Assembly: GCA_951406725.2 (NCBI GenBank)
Contig: OX597819.1
Span: 92,690,001 to 92,754,000 of the forward strand
Direction: 5' to 3'
DNA length: 64,000 nucleotides
Source: Octopus vulgaris
Lineage: Eukaryota
The notes beneath the pieces are model-generated. The model did no database searches and was not told the DNA's origin. It saw nothing but the letters and a program-made list of their open reading frames with translations. This document shows positions 41,641 to 56,476 of the stretch, one piece after another. Numbering within the stretch: position 1 is the first letter of the stretch; each line of letters begins with the position of its first letter. The translations under genes and the position numbers were made by a program.

Positions 41641-42454
41641 GAGAGAAGAGAGTCAAATGTGTTTGACCATACATTACACGTCGATTAAGAGGTTCATTTC
41701 TAAAACGGAATAACTATTAGCTCGAAATGGTGAAAAGAAAAAAAATCTTTCCGATTTTATTTGCTAAATATGAATGAGTGTATGATGAAATCCAGTTCCT
41801 TTCCTTTCCACTGTCTTTACCCCATCATTTTTTCTATCACGCACTTTCTCCATCTCCCTCTCTATCACTTTTCTCTCTCACTCTTTTCTCCCCTGCCGAT
41901 TGATGCACACATATATATTTGCGTACATACATAGATGCATGTATATATCTATATATATGTTTCTACGTAGGTATAAAACATTTTTATATGAAATCACAAA
42001 ACTCAGTGAGCAAGCAATGGTTCTCTAAAGTTCCATTTATCTTTTAACAAATTGACTAAACAATTAAAAGTGCTGCCGTGTATCGAAGATATGATACATG
42101 ATAGAAATATATATATATATATATTAAAAAAAAAGATGTTTTCGCGCTATTTTCTAAATATTTACTACAGAAAGGAATGTGACAACATGTTTCTGTTTTT
42201 ATCGTTCTCCGTACAATGTGCTATTATGTCTCTATCTCTGCTTTTCTACATGAGAAAATGTTAATATAACGCACTGTGTTCACTTCATACGCTTCCATCA
42301 AGGATTTGTTGAGTTCAGTCCATTCACATTGGTGAATCCATGCAGAGATCATTTAAACAAATTGATATACACAAATACATACAGAAGTGCATACATATAA
42401 ATGCGTGTCTGTGAAAATATGTACGTATATATACATGTATGTGTATGTAAGTAT

Positions 42455-42494
<40 letters not shown>

Positions 42495-42535
42495 GTGTGT
42501 GTGTATATGTATATATGTATATATGTATATATGTA

Positions 42536-42643
<108 letters not shown>

Positions 42644-43859
42644 TGTGTGTGTACGTGTGTGTGTGTATTTGTGTATGTGAGTGTGTGTGTATGTAGCTAT
42701 CTGTGTGAATTTGTTTGCACTGCATTGAATAACACATCGGCTTCGCATTTAACCATTAACTTGTAGTGTAATGAACTCTGCTAAACGCTTGTATTATTTT
42801 GATGCACTTATAAAATAGAATTGCCACCCAAATCATAAATTTATTAGCTATTACCCTTTGCCTCTACTATTGCAATCATCACTATCAGTTAGTTCCCAAA
42901 CTCTTCTACGGTAAAAAAAAAAACTGGCATTGAATGTAACCATGAATCCTTACTGCCACGTTTATCCCTGGTTGTAAATTGCTATTTAGTGTGTATTTTT
43001 TTAGTGGGGAGGTGTGGGGGAGGGAGGCGGTGGGATGGAATCATTACAGGTAGCACTTTTCCAAGCCTCCTAATGCAATTTGCTTTCATTGCCCCCATTT
43101 TGGCATGACGTGACAGCCAGAAAAGCACGTTATGAAATATCTAATCTGTAAATCTCGAACATTTACAAGAATTGTATTGATTCGTTTCCCAAAGTAAAGT
43201 TGGAATACTCAGGTAAGTATAAAACAAACAAATAAAAAAATTATACCAGAAATGTATGCTGAAATTTTGGATCTCAAAAGCTGACGCACGTGTCATCACA
43301 CAAAACTTTTTTTATCTGAAAATATTAACTGCAAATTCTTCTGAATTTCCACCGAGAATCATAAAAAAAACCCCATGGAGTTTATGTTCATTGGCTTTGG
43401 ATTTCAAAAAGCGTGAATGTTTTTGCTGGATAATAATAATATTATTTGGCCACAATTTTCATTTACCCGGTGTGACGCGCGTGACAAAGATAGATGTGAT
43501 ATAAGTGACAAAAACTTCATATTAAAAACAATGCTGTATAGATATGGAAGAAACTGTGGCAAATATCGATAACTGGCTGAAAATAAACTATTTCAACATA
43601 CCTTTACAACTATATAGGGATTTTTCTGGATATTCTAAAAGTTTTTTGAAAACCTTTCATGAGAACGGTTCAGGTGTGGATTTTTAACCAAGAAGTTAGC
43701 GACGGTATTTTGGCTTTTGTGTTACGTTTTCATGTGGATCAAAGTGTGTTTCACAGAGTTACTATTTCTTGTTAATTAGAGATATGTATGTATAAAGTGT
43801 GAAACGCCATCAGTTCACCGTAATCTTTAAGTTCGAGAATAAGGCTTTTCTTATTCTTT

Positions 43860-44000
43860 TACCGTGAACTTATCTAAACTTCTCTTGCAGTGAACTGTAT
43901 TCGCAGTGAACATTCCTTTCGGTGAACTTGCCCTCTGGTAAACTAATGACGGTGAACTTTCCCAGCGGTGAAGTGATGACGGTAAACTTACCGCACATGG
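43860..44000 (+). repeat. ~15-bp minisatellite (GGTGAACT core), probably a DNA-transposon subterminal array
   Basis: About eight (C/G)GTGAAC(T)-type units at ~15-bp spacing. Confidence 0.6.
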
Positions 44001-44922
44001 TGTGAGACAGAGAGACAAATACCGGTATGATAATATCTTATACCAAAAATTCTTGATTTATTGATATTATCTCCGCCTCCTATATCATAATTAGCAAGTG
44101 GTAATTATAACCAGCTCCATTTGAGAAGCGGAGATAATCCCTTGATTCAAGATTACTCTATAATTGACTCCTATTAAGGAAATTAAGGACAGGTTTGTTG
44201 TCTACAGAAAAGTGAATAGTCGTGGACACGTGTTTTAGCTCAGTATCATCAATGAGCACGACACTTATTCTACTTTATCGTCAGTAACGAAAGCACTTAG
44301 TATTATACAAAACAGTAAAAACCATAATGGCTTCGGTAATTTTCATAATTTAAGCAAAAATGAGGTAAGAGAAATGACTTGAAGTGGCAAGTGGCATGTT
44401 TTTGATTAACATAGACAAACACTGATAAGTTAAATACATTACACTAAAAATTATTGGTTTATTGTAGTTATCTCTGCCTCTAGTCGATGTACCATAATTG
44501 TCAAATGGTAATTATGAGCAGCTCCGCTTTAGAAGGGGAAATAATTATGCATATTACCTAGGCTGTTACAGATTTTCTTCTGTCTTTGCACAAATTCTTT
44601 ACTGGAAATAAGGTAGGACAATTGTGAAGGTCATGAAGGCTATTGCGCCTCAAACAAATGTCCATGTCTGTCCTCTTGTCGCCAGGCAATAAACCTTTTG
44701 CTTTCTTTAATGGTATGTCAGTTATGGAGAAATTCCTGAATCTGGCAATTATCGCACTTTTTCAATTGGAGTTGGTCAGAATTACCATTTGGTATAATGA
44801 TATATCCTTTGGAAGTAGAAATGATTGTAATAAATAAACAATTATTGGCATAAGGTGTTTAACATAGCCATATTTTTCAATATTATTCAAATACACGCCA
44901 CCCGGTCATTTTTCTTAAATTC

Positions 44923-44997
<75 letters not shown>

Positions 44998-44998
<1 letters not shown>

Positions 44999-45537
44999 AT
45001 GAAATGGATAGATGAATTTTCTTGTTACGGATTATTCAAAAGTTTAACCGATACCTGGGTAGCAAAAATCACAGCAGAAAAAACACGGTTGGAGTTACGA
45101 CCATAGGGTGTCGCAACCGTGCGTTAGCGCAGATAATTGAAGTTTAATATATTAAGTGAATGGAAGAAATGGAGCTGAACGAAGATTCTACAGAATTCCT
45201 TTTATTACATTCTACACATGTTTCAAAGGCCACAAATTTCCAAATTCGGATTGAATAAGGATACCATTTTGCAGCTTTCTCTTCAGGAAAATCCAGGAAT
45301 TAAAATGTCCAAACAAAACAAAAGCGCAGCAAGCAATTCGAACAAAAACGCTCCCTTGGAGCCCATGGAGTGGCACAAACTGTCTCTCAATGTACGGATT
45401 TTCCTGAAGAGAAAGCTGCAAAATGGTATCCTTATTCTATCCGAATTTGGAAATTTGTGGCCTTTGAAACATGTGTAGAATGTAATAAAAGGAATTCTGT
45501 AGAATCTTCGTTCAGCTCCATTTCTTCCATTCACTTT
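44998..45537. mobile_element. Palindromic hammerhead element in (TA)n
   Basis: Arms 45154-45294 and 45396-45536 near-identical; TTC-CTGAAGA(45404)-long stem II-GAAAC-ATGT-GTA-GAA on the plus strand, mirror copy on the minus strand. Confidence 0.85.
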
Positions 45538-45558
45538 ATATATATATATATATATATA

Positions 45559-45825
45559 GTTAATCCAAACAAGAAAACAGAGAGACAACAACGCAAGGAT
45601 GTGGAACAAATAAAGTATTATTGGACGCTCAGGAAACATAGGAGAAGGAAAGATCCCGGGAAGGGAAGACAGAGGGAAAAAAATCGCTAGTGAATCAGAC
45701 GAGGTCACATACTAAAAGGCGAAAGTGGTGAAAGTAGATGAAAATGTTTTTAAAAAACAGGAGAGCTATATCAAAGAGGGAATGGTAAAGAAGGTGTGCG
45801 ATGATGACACGTGTGTGTGTGTGAG

Positions 45826-45858
<33 letters not shown>

Positions 45859-46710
45859 ATGGCGAACAACAGGCAGTAGCAGGCCAGTAGTAGAATTAAG
45901 GAGTGGTGCAGGTCAAAATGGCAGGTCAAAAACAGGGAGGTATGTGTGTGTGCGTGTATGTTAGTTGTGTGTGCGTGTATGTGTGCGTTTGTATGTGTGT
46001 GTGTGTGTGTGTGTGTGTAAGCGTAAATGGATGTATATGCGTGTATCTGTGGGGTTGTGAGTTTTTTCGCGCGTGTGCGTGCGTATGTGTGCGCATGTTT
46101 TGGTGTGCGTATGTATGTGTGTGTATGTATATGTGTCGGTGTGCATGTGAATTAGCGTGTCTTTGTACGTGTGTATGTGTGTGTGCGTGTATTGTATATA
46201 TATGTAAATGTGTGTGCGTGCGTGTGTAAGTGCGTGGGAGTGAATGTATGTATGTATGTGCGTGTGTGTACAAATGTAGGGGTTCATATGTGTGTTTATA
46301 TGTATATATGTGTGTATATATATGCATGCAAGGACACACTCCACAACTGAAAGACTGATGGAAAAAAACCTCTTCCGGTGCGGGCGCATGCGAATCCACA
46401 TGCACACACACGCACGCACCGACGTACGCCCGAAACAAAGCCAACCCCACAGGCATGTATGTATATATGTGTGCGCGCGTGTGCGCATGTATGTGCGCGC
46501 GTGTGCATGCGTGTGTGTATGTAGGTATGTGTGTGTGTATGATTGTATGTATGTGTGAGTGTGTATGTGTGCATGTCTGTATGTATGTATGTCTGTATAA
46601 GTGTATGTAAGTATGTGTGTGTATGTGTGTGTATGTATGTATGTGTGTATGTATGTATGTATGTATGTATGTATGTGTGTGTGTGTATGTGTGTATGTAT
46701 GTATGTATGT

Positions 46711-46750
<40 letters not shown>

Positions 46751-49100
46751 ATGTATGTGTGTGTGTGTGTATGTATGTATGTGTGCATGCGTGTATGTTT
46801 GTGTGTATGTATGTGTACATGCGTGTATGTGTGTATGTGTGTGTGTGTATGTATGTATGCATGCATGTGTGTATGTATGTGTGTGTATGCATGTGTGTAT
46901 GTATAATTGTATGTGCGTATGTGTGTGTGTGTATGTATGTGTGTATGTGTGTGTATGTATGTATGTGTGTATGTGTGTGTGTATATTTGTATGTGTGTAT
47001 GTATGTGTGTATGTATGTGTTTGTGTATGCGTATGTTTGTGTGTGTGTGTGTGTGTATGTATGTATGAATGAATGTATGTATGTATGTATGTGTGTGTGT
47101 GTATGTATGTGTGTGTGTGTGTGAATGTATGCGTGTGTGCGTGGGGTTTCCTCTGGAGTTGTGTGGGCGTAAAGTATGTATGTATGCGTGTGTGTGTGTA
47201 TGTATGCGTGTTTGCGTGTATGTGGGTGTGTATGTATGTATGTGTGTGTGTATGTATGTATGTATGTGTATGTCTGTATGTCTGTCTGTATGTATGTGTG
47301 TGTGTATGTGTGTGTGTGTATTTGTATGTGTATGTATGTATGAGTGTATGTGTGTATGTGTGTGTATGTATGTATGTATGTATGTATGTGTGTAAGTGTG
47401 TGTGTGTATGTATGTAGGTATGTATGTGTGCGCGCGTGCATGCATGCATGTATGTATGTATGTACACACACACACACACACACAACACACACACAAGCAC
47501 GCATATGGGGCTTGCGGCATCCCAGGCGCGCGCCAGGGCGCCCGCGCTTGAGCCCGCGGACCCACAAACACCCACAACAAAAAACCCATCGCCATCAATC
47601 CCTCAACTATAAAGCGTGCGCCTGGATACAAATATATGTATATGTGTGTGCATGCGTGTATGCGTGTGTGTATGTATGCATGTATGTGTGCATGCGTGTA
47701 TGTGTGCATGTGTGTGTGTGTATGTATGTATGTGTGTGTTTATGTGTGTATGTATATGTGTATGTGCGTATGTGTGTGTGAATGTATGTGTGTTTGTATG
47801 TATGTGTGTGTGTATGTGTGTATGTGTGTGTGTGTGTGTGTATGTGTGTATGTATGTATGTATGTGCGTATGTATGTATGTGTGTGTATGTGTATGTTTG
47901 TGTGTGTGTGTATGTATGTTTGTATGAATGAATGTGTGTGTGTATGTATGTGTGTACGTATGTATGTGCGTGGGTGTGTGTGTGGATGTATGCGTGTGTG
48001 CGTGGGGTTTCCTCTGGGGTTGTGTGGGCGTAATGTACATGCGCGTGACGTGCGTGTATGTGTCTGTGTGTCTCTACTATGTGTTTATAATGGTGTGCGT
48101 ATCTGTATGGGTATTGTTTGTTGGTGTGAGTGCACGGGCATGTGCGTGTGCGCGTGGGCGTGTTTGGGTGTGTGTGTAGGTGTGGAAGTATGTATGCGTA
48201 CAAGTGCGTGTAGGTTGTATGTGTGTGGTGTGTTGGAGGTAGGTGTGTTGGATGTAGTTATGTTGGGAGGGGGGTGTTCGTGGATACGTAGGTATGCGTG
48301 TGTGTGTTTCTGTATAAGGATTTTTAAAAAGGGGGGTGGGTGGAGAAAGAGAGGTGGAGCGCAGTCACTAAGAGGAGGGGGCTGTGTTGAGTCCGTGTGG
48401 GGTATTGGCTTGTAGAGTGCAGATGAAACGTTGCTCCAAGTGAAGCCTGGATTGTGGAAGACCGTTGTGTGGGGCGAGACCAAACACAGAGATGTCATCG
48501 GGGGAATGGCTGGCCGAGCGGAAGTGACGTGCGACGGGAGAAGAGGACCGTAGACGAATATCCCTTAGATGTTCGGCGAATCGGTCTGACAACCGGCGTC
48601 CCGTCTGTCCTATATACAGCATTCCGCAGAGGTTGCATCTAATACAGTATATGAGGCCAGACGAAGTCCACGTAAAAGAATGTCTGATACGTACAGTTCG
48701 CTGGATGGAACCGGTGACAGCAGTGGTGTTGATGATGAAGGGGCAGGTGTTGCAGCGGGATCTAGGGTACGGTAATGATCCGTGTGGGGCTGAGGGGGAA
48801 GAAGAGAGGGTGCTATGGACCAGGAGGTCGCGTAGATTCCGGGCTTGTTTGAAGGAGGGCAGGGGTGGGTTGGGAAAATGGCGCGGGTCGTGGGATCGAG
48901 CTGGAGGTGACGGAAGGCACGTAGTATCTTCCGACGAAGGGGTAGAGTAGAGGGGTGGAAAAGGAGGGGAAAGGGGGTGCGGTTGGGGGGGGTGAATGAA
49001 AGGAGAAAGGGCGGTGGTGCGGTCGATGCGACGGGCACGGGCGAGGGCATTTAAGACTAGTGTGGGTGGGTATCCTCGGTGCCTGAACAGGCGCGCCAGG
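45559..49100 (-). mobile_element. 5'-truncated Penelope-like element (Neptune-like) with microsatellite-expanded 3' region
   Basis: GIY-YIG remnant at 48368-49000, followed on the minus strand by CA-rich sequence, ending at (TA)n; element extent is inferred. Confidence 0.55.
48368..49000 (-). pseudogene. Penelope/Neptune GIY-YIG endonuclease and linker
   Basis: ARNLRDLLVHS..RCNTCP..SSGLIYCIRCNLCGMLYIGQTGRRLSDRFAEHLRDIR..PVARHF..LEQRFI..L...PHGLN. Confidence 0.9.
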
Positions 49101-49118
49101 TATTATATATATATATAT

Positions 49119-49370
49119 TTCGTTTTTGGATTTGGTTTGCAAGATTCTTTATATGAGTTCGTGTGTTGAAGCATATTCTGTTGTGTCTGGGGAGAGTCAT
49201 TCTCTTTTAGTGCCTTATCATTTAACACACTCGCCGGTAAAATTTCCACTTATTTCTTATTTTTATTTTCTAAAATTTTCGTTGCGTCTTGCAACCTATT
49301 CAATAGTCTTGACTCTGTCCGTTATTTACACTGCGTTCCCTTTTGTTTGTTTGTGCTCATGTGTGTGGGT

Positions 49371-49404
<34 letters not shown>

Positions 49405-49863
49405 CTATACATGCATGCATGCATGTATGTATGTGTTTGCATGTGTATGTATGTATATATGTGTGTGTATGCATATGTATGTATGTGTGTGCATCTGTAT
49501 GTACGTATCCTGCATATTTCCGTTCTTGCCTGTCCGTGTTTGTGTATTTTCTATGTATGTGTGTGTGAGCATGTGTTTGTATATGTATGCACCTCTGTCT
49601 CCTTACATACACATGCAAACACACACACATACATACATACGTACATGCATGCATGTATAGGCACACACACACACACTGACCCACACATATGCGCACAAAC
49701 AAACAAAAGGGAATGCAGTGTAAATAACGGACGGAGTCAAGACCATTGAAAAGGTTGCAACGAAAATTTTAGAAAATAAAAATAAGAAATAAGTGGAAAT
49801 TTTACCGGTGAATGTGTTAAATAATAAGGCACTAAAAGAGAACGACTCTCCCCAGACACAACA

Positions 49864-49869
<6 letters not shown>
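49119..49869. mobile_element. Palindromic element with variant minimal hammerhead-like motifs
   Basis: Arms 49173-~49450 and ~49610-49869; CTA-TTGAA(T/A)A-g-GTTGC aagac GCAAC-GAAAATTT-TAG reading outward. Confidence 0.75.
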
Positions 49870-50565
<696 letters not shown>

Positions 50566-51191
50566 ACAGGCATATTTGGTTACAGGACTTCACCAACGGT
50601 TCAAACAATATGAAATACGTAAACAACGAGAAAAAATGGAGAACAGGACAAGTAAACACAAAGAAAGGACCCTTCATCAGTTCTCGACTGTCTATCTACC
50701 TCTCATTTCGAGCATTCAACGACAGCATGACTCTTGAAAGACAGTTGCTCCCATGAATTCTAAAATAAAATTTAGGATTTATGGAGTATCAAAGTTGAGA
50801 ACAAAGCATGACAGTGGTCACATACAAGGAAAACGAACGAAAACAAACATAGAGGGTCGTTAGATCAGAACGAGAAGAAAATTAGTGAATGCTGCGAGAA
50901 ATATTCTGTTTCTATTGTTTTGAAAAGAGAAGATAGAAGAGAGAGAGGGAGAGAAAAAAAAACATCCGTTCTTTTGAATGTCCGTGCTGGAAAAGAAAGA
51001 TGGTCACGTGAGGAAAAGAAGGATGGACGATGGTCACGTGTGAGTCCTGAAAGAGAGAGAGAAAGAGGGAAGAGAGAGTCAGATAGAAAATGAAGGAGAA
51101 AGGGGAGAAAAGGGGAATTAGAGAAGGATGGAGAAAGAAAACAGGATAGAGAGATTCGCATGAATAAGGCGGAATTGGATGCGTTCAATTA

Positions 51192-51244
<53 letters not shown>

Positions 51245-51247
<3 letters not shown>

Positions 51248-51647
51248 CTTGTTACAGTCGTTAGACTGCAGTGATGCTGAGGCACCACTTTGAAACTTTT
51301 TTGATCAAATGTATCGACCTCAATACTTATTTCTTTAAATCTTGGTACTTATTCTATCGTTCTTTTCTGAAGAAGCGCTACATTACGGGGACTTAAACAT
51401 ACCAGCACCGGTTGTCAAGCTGTGGTAGAAGACAATCAGAGACAAAGACACACGCACTCATGCACATATATACATACGTGTATATACGATGAACGTCTTT
51501 TAGTTTCCGTCTACCAAATACAGTGACAAAGCTTTGGTTGGCTGGAGGCCATAGTTGAAGTCACCCGTCCAAAGTGCCACGCAGTGGGACTGAACCTGGA
51601 ATCATATGGTTGGGAAGCAAGCTTCTTACCACACACCCACGCCTGCG
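51245..51647 (-). mobile_element. Older OR/OK-like SINE
   Basis: Reverse-complement similarity to other copies. Confidence 0.75.
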
Positions 51648-51989
51648 ATATATTTATATGCATGTATGTGTGTATGTATGTACGAATGTATATATATATT
51701 TATGCATGCATGTATGTATGCATTTATATATTTCCAACACTGCTCCTTGGATTTCGTTTTATCTCTCGTGATTATCTCTACTTGTTTTCTCTGTCTTTAT
51801 ATCTGATTAGCTTCCTAGCTTTTCTCCCGCCCCATATTCGATATTTGTCACATGTAATTCCTCATACGCCTATATTAACCTTCCTGGTTAGCAGTCGTGT
51901 AGAATTTCATTGCCATTCCCATAGTTTCGAGTAGAAATTTAAATGAAAAACAGAAAATATTTTTCAAAGAATATTTCGAGTAGTAGTAG

Positions 51990-52760
51990 TTGGAGGAGGA
52001 GGAGGAAGAAGAGAGGAGGGGTGGAAGGGAGGGAAGAGAGGAGGGATGGATGGAAGGAAGATGGGAGAAAGGAGGAGGGGAAAGATGGAAGGGAGGAGGG
52101 GAGAAAAGATGGGAAGGATGAGGAGGGGATAGATGGGAGGAAGGAGGAGGGGGTAAAGTGGAGTTGATGTCGAAGAAAGAAAGTGAGTAGGAGAAGACAG
52201 TAGAGGAGGTAGTGGATGTAAAGGAAGAGGAGAGAGAGGAAATAAAGCAAGAGGAGGAGAGAAAGGGTGGAGGAGGAGGAGGAACAGAAGGAGGAAGATA
52301 GTAAAAAGAAATGAACATTTACAGAAAAAGAAGAAAAGGAGGAGGAGGGGGTTGAGGGAGGAGAAGAAGGAGAAGAAGAAGAAGAAGAAGAAGAAGAAGG
52401 GGAAGAAGAAGAAGAAGGAGAAGAGGAGGAGGAGGAGGAGGAGGAAGAGGAGGAATAAGAGGAAGAGGAGGAAAAAGAAGAGGAGGAGATGAATAATAAA
52501 GGAGGAGAAAGATGACGGGGAGAATAAGAAGGAAGAGGTGCAGGATGAAGATGTGAGATGGAAAGAAAGAAAGAAAGAAACGCGCAGAATGAATCAAAGG
52601 AAGAAAGAAAGAAAAATTAAAGAAAGAATGAAAGAAAGAAAGAAAAAAGACGCAGACAGAAAAAGGAAAGATGGAAAGAAAGGAAGGAAGGAAGAAACAA
52701 AGCTATAAAGATTTAAAGAAGTGAAATTAGAAGGGGAAAAAAAATAGTGGGAGTAGGAAA
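51990..52760. repeat. Purine-rich (GGA/GAA) low-complexity tract
   Basis: Direct reading. Confidence 0.9.
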
Positions 52761-53159
52761 GATGGAATCATCGTATTTTGCGAGTAAACGCAATCGTACG
52801 CTTCTTTCTCAGCTACAGAAAGCATCTGTTAACCTGCACGTGGCTGGCACATGGACCTGCGCGTGCTCCTAACGGCACAGTCTTCGGTGAGCTAGAAGAA
52901 GATGTCGACGGCGGTGGTAGTGTTGGTGGTGGTATTGGTGGCGTTGTTACGGCGGTGTTGGTGTTGATGGCTGAGGTGCGGAGTGTGAAATCTTTAGCAC
53001 GCGTACGCACGCACAGAATCCACGATTAAACAACAACTGTACCGTTTACCGCCTTCACTGCCGCCGTCACCCACCGCAGCCGCCTACATGCACATCCAAA
53101 ATTCAAGATCGGCATCTGATGTCGTTACTACAGTAACTTGTTGCGTGCTTCTGCCTAAT

Positions 53160-53211
53160 TACTACTAACTGTTGCTACTACCACTAAGTACTACTGCTGG
53201 TGCTGCTGCTG

Positions 53212-53258
<47 letters not shown>

Positions 53259-53292
53259 GCTACTACTACTATTACTACTACTACTAGTACTG

Positions 53293-53328
<36 letters not shown>

Positions 53329-53505
53329 TTACTACTACTATTACTACTGCTAGTACTACTGCTAGTACTACTACTACTACTATTACTACTACTACTAGTA
53401 CTGCTGCTGCTACTACTACTGCTGCTGCTGCTACAGCCGACGCTACTACTATTACCACCACCACCACTCCTCATCCCCCTCCTCCGCCTCCTACTACTAC
53501 TACTG

Positions 53506-53569
<64 letters not shown>

Positions 53570-53629
53570 TAAAGATAATAATAAAAATAAAGATAATAGT
53601 AATAGCGATACTGCTCCTGCTGCTGCTGG

Positions 53630-53668
<39 letters not shown>

Positions 53669-53680
53669 TTACTACCAGTT
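53160..53680. repeat. Compound trinucleotide microsatellite (CTA/CTG/ATA)
   Basis: Direct reading. Confidence 0.95.
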
Positions 53681-54158
53681 GTTGCTTTTTTTTACCGAAG
53701 ATTTTAGTATTTCTATGTAACTACTACGATGACGAAGCTTTGTCTGCGACGAGGGCGAAGACGATGACGACGACGTTGACGTCGGCAGCACCGTCGGCAG
53801 TTTCTCGATAATACCAACTGCTTCTTGGGAATTCCCTTCTCATCCCTTAACCACCTCCTTTTCCTTTTCTTTACCACATTCTCACTTAACCTATGGAACG
53901 CCTCGGCGCAGCCCTTCGCGAACCGCCACCAACACCACCCCCTCCACCACCGCCGCCGCCGCCGCCACTGCCACCACCTACACCACCACTACCACTAAAC
54001 TCGCCACCATCAACTCTAAACATTACAGCTGAGATTGTCAGAAAACTCAAACGCTTTCAAATTTGTGCAAACGTAAACGCATATATGCGTGTGTGTTTAT
54101 GCGTGCGCGTGTGTATATATGATAGATGAACGTATGTGTGTATATATATATATGTGTG

Positions 54159-54230
<72 letters not shown>

Positions 54231-54794
54231 GATGCATATATGTAGTGGCATGGTTGCATGTTAAGAAATTTCTATCTCAACCACATGGTTCCGGGTTCAG
54301 TCCCACTGCGTGGCACCTTGGGCATGTGTCTTCTACTATAGCCTCGGGTCAACCAAATCCTTGTGGGTGGATTTCGTACACAGACACTTAAAAGAGAGAG
54401 AACAAAGAATATTTTTTCGTAAATTGGCATAATGCTCAGTTTGATATATCATTAAGAGTTTGGCTTTAACTACAACTGAAAAATGTGATGCTGAAAACGC
54501 CTACCAAATGTTACTGGAAGTGGTTTCTCCTTGAGCGGGTGGATATAGATTAAAATAGGAAATGAGCAAAGGGAAAACAATTGGCATCACTCGTAAAACA
54601 ATTAATTTAATAGAGAGCATAAATATAGCTCAGAGTAATTATGACAAAAAGTTTCACAGCTCTTCCTGGCATAGACAAGCATGTGTTATGGTTCCATATA
54701 AGCTAAGTATACCGTCATCAGAGAGAAGAAAGTAAGAAAATATAGAAGTGAAAAGGCATCCCTAATTTAAGTAAAGAGTACTAATATCATCGAC

Positions 54795-55184
54795 TCTTTT
54801 ACTCTTTTCTCTTTTACTTGTTTTAGTCATTTAGTCGCGCAAATCGACCCCGGGACTTATTCTTTGTAAGCCCAGTACTTATTGTATCGGTCTCTTTTGC
54901 CGAACCGCTAAGTGACGGGAACGTAAACACACCAGCATCGGTTGTCAAACAATGCTAGGGGGACAAACAGACACACACACAAACACACACATACACACAT
55001 ATACATATATATACATATATACGACAGGCTTCTTTCAGTTTCCGTCTACCAAATCCACTCACAAGGCATTGGTCGGCCCGGGGCTATAGCAGAAGACACT
55101 TGCCCAAGATGCCACGCAGTGGGACTGAACCCGGAACCATGTGGTTGGTTAGCAAGCTACTTACCACACAGCCACTCCTGCGCC
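54795..55184 (-). mobile_element. OR/OK-like tRNA SINE
   Basis: Reverse-complement similarity to 9385-9815. Confidence 0.9.
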
Positions 55185-55669
55185 TGAGGATATTTTTTTC
55201 ATTTCTATATTTTCTTACTTCCTTCTCTCCGTTGGCGGTGTACTTAGCTTATGATCCACACGCTTGGGTATTCTAGAAATCGTTGTAAGAGACTATCTTT
55301 TTATCATAACTACTTTGTGATATGATTATATTCTGTATTTAAATTAAATGTGTTTCAAGTGATGCCGAATGATTTGCCTTTTCCTTTTCTATTTTAATAC
55401 ATATGCCCCAGCATGACCGCAGTCTAATGAATGAAACAAATAATACATATATATATTCTGTTTTATTTTTGGAACTCATTTCTCATCATACTCGCTGCAG
55501 CTTTACTTATTGATGATGATACGGGGTTGGAGTTTTCGCTGCTGAGGTTGATTTTTCCTTTTATGCTTTTGAGGTCGATAGAGAAGATATCCGTGAAGCA
55601 TTGGGTTCGATATAATTGCTCCATTTACTGAAACTTGCTGACTTTGAACCAAAGAATTATATACATATT

Positions 55670-55734
<65 letters not shown>

Positions 55735-56024
55735 GAAGGTGTGCTGATGAGTTTCTGACTTTAATGGTATCGTGAAAGGCCTGGATGGAGGTCCAACTTT
55801 TACAGTACTTAGAAAATCTGAAGAAAGTTGCAATATGCATATGAATATGAGTGGGAAATATGTTGAAGAAAATCATAATTAACTGGCCCTCTTGTACTTT
55901 TTAAACAAAGTCCAGGAAATTTTCAGCAGGCCCACGTGTATGTGTATGTACTTTAACCTGATGGTGCTTTGTTTTACTTGGAAGCAATATTACTGTATTG
56001 CACTATTTAATAATTTCTCTCTCT

Positions 56025-56090
<66 letters not shown>

Positions 56091-56108
56091 TGTGTGTGTG
56101 TTCATTTA

Positions 56109-56476
56109 TACGTAGTCTGATCAATAAGTATCCTGCCTGTTGCTATGTTAACGAAGCTGAAGTATGGAGAGTGAAACTGCTAGGCAAAGACTGACCTAGA
56201 ACTCTGCTTTGCATGCGCACTAAGTTTTAACGTTCTAACTCACTTCCACTGTTTACAGTAGTGCTTGGACGGAAGGTATGTAGCTTATGATCGTCGCATT
56301 GACCATGACAGGGAACGTTTAGCAGAGAATCTGCATCAAATTTTCTCAGAAGCTTGGCCATACCAGATCGGAGGTCTACGCAAAGCGTACAAAAGGTTTT
56401 CACAATTCTCGCCACGAACAAGATCTCGTGCAACTGAAACCCGAGCGTTTTTCTGGGCAGCTGAAAGCAGTTTTGG
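56109..56476 (+). mobile_element. Mariner 5' end with transposase N-terminus relic
   Basis: TACGTAGTCTGATCAATAAGT TIR-like start; QRICIKFSQKLGHT resembles the mariner N-terminus. Confidence 0.6.

Noticed and set aside
43860-44000. Short regularly spaced repeats resembling CRISPR
   Set aside because: Period is ~15 bp with no unique spacers of CRISPR size, no cas genes, and the context is eukaryotic
46350-46445. CTGATGG...GAAAC hammerhead-like spacing
   Set aside because: Core mismatch, and no stem III/NUH or stem I
45926-47709. Long 549 and 582 aa His/Thr/Tyr-rich ORFs
   Set aside because: Translations of CA/TACA microsatellite, open in several frames because the repeat lacks stop codons
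53165-53811. Poly-Thr/Leu/Val/Ser ORFs resembling mucin or membrane proteins
   Set aside because: Pure trinucleotide microsatellite
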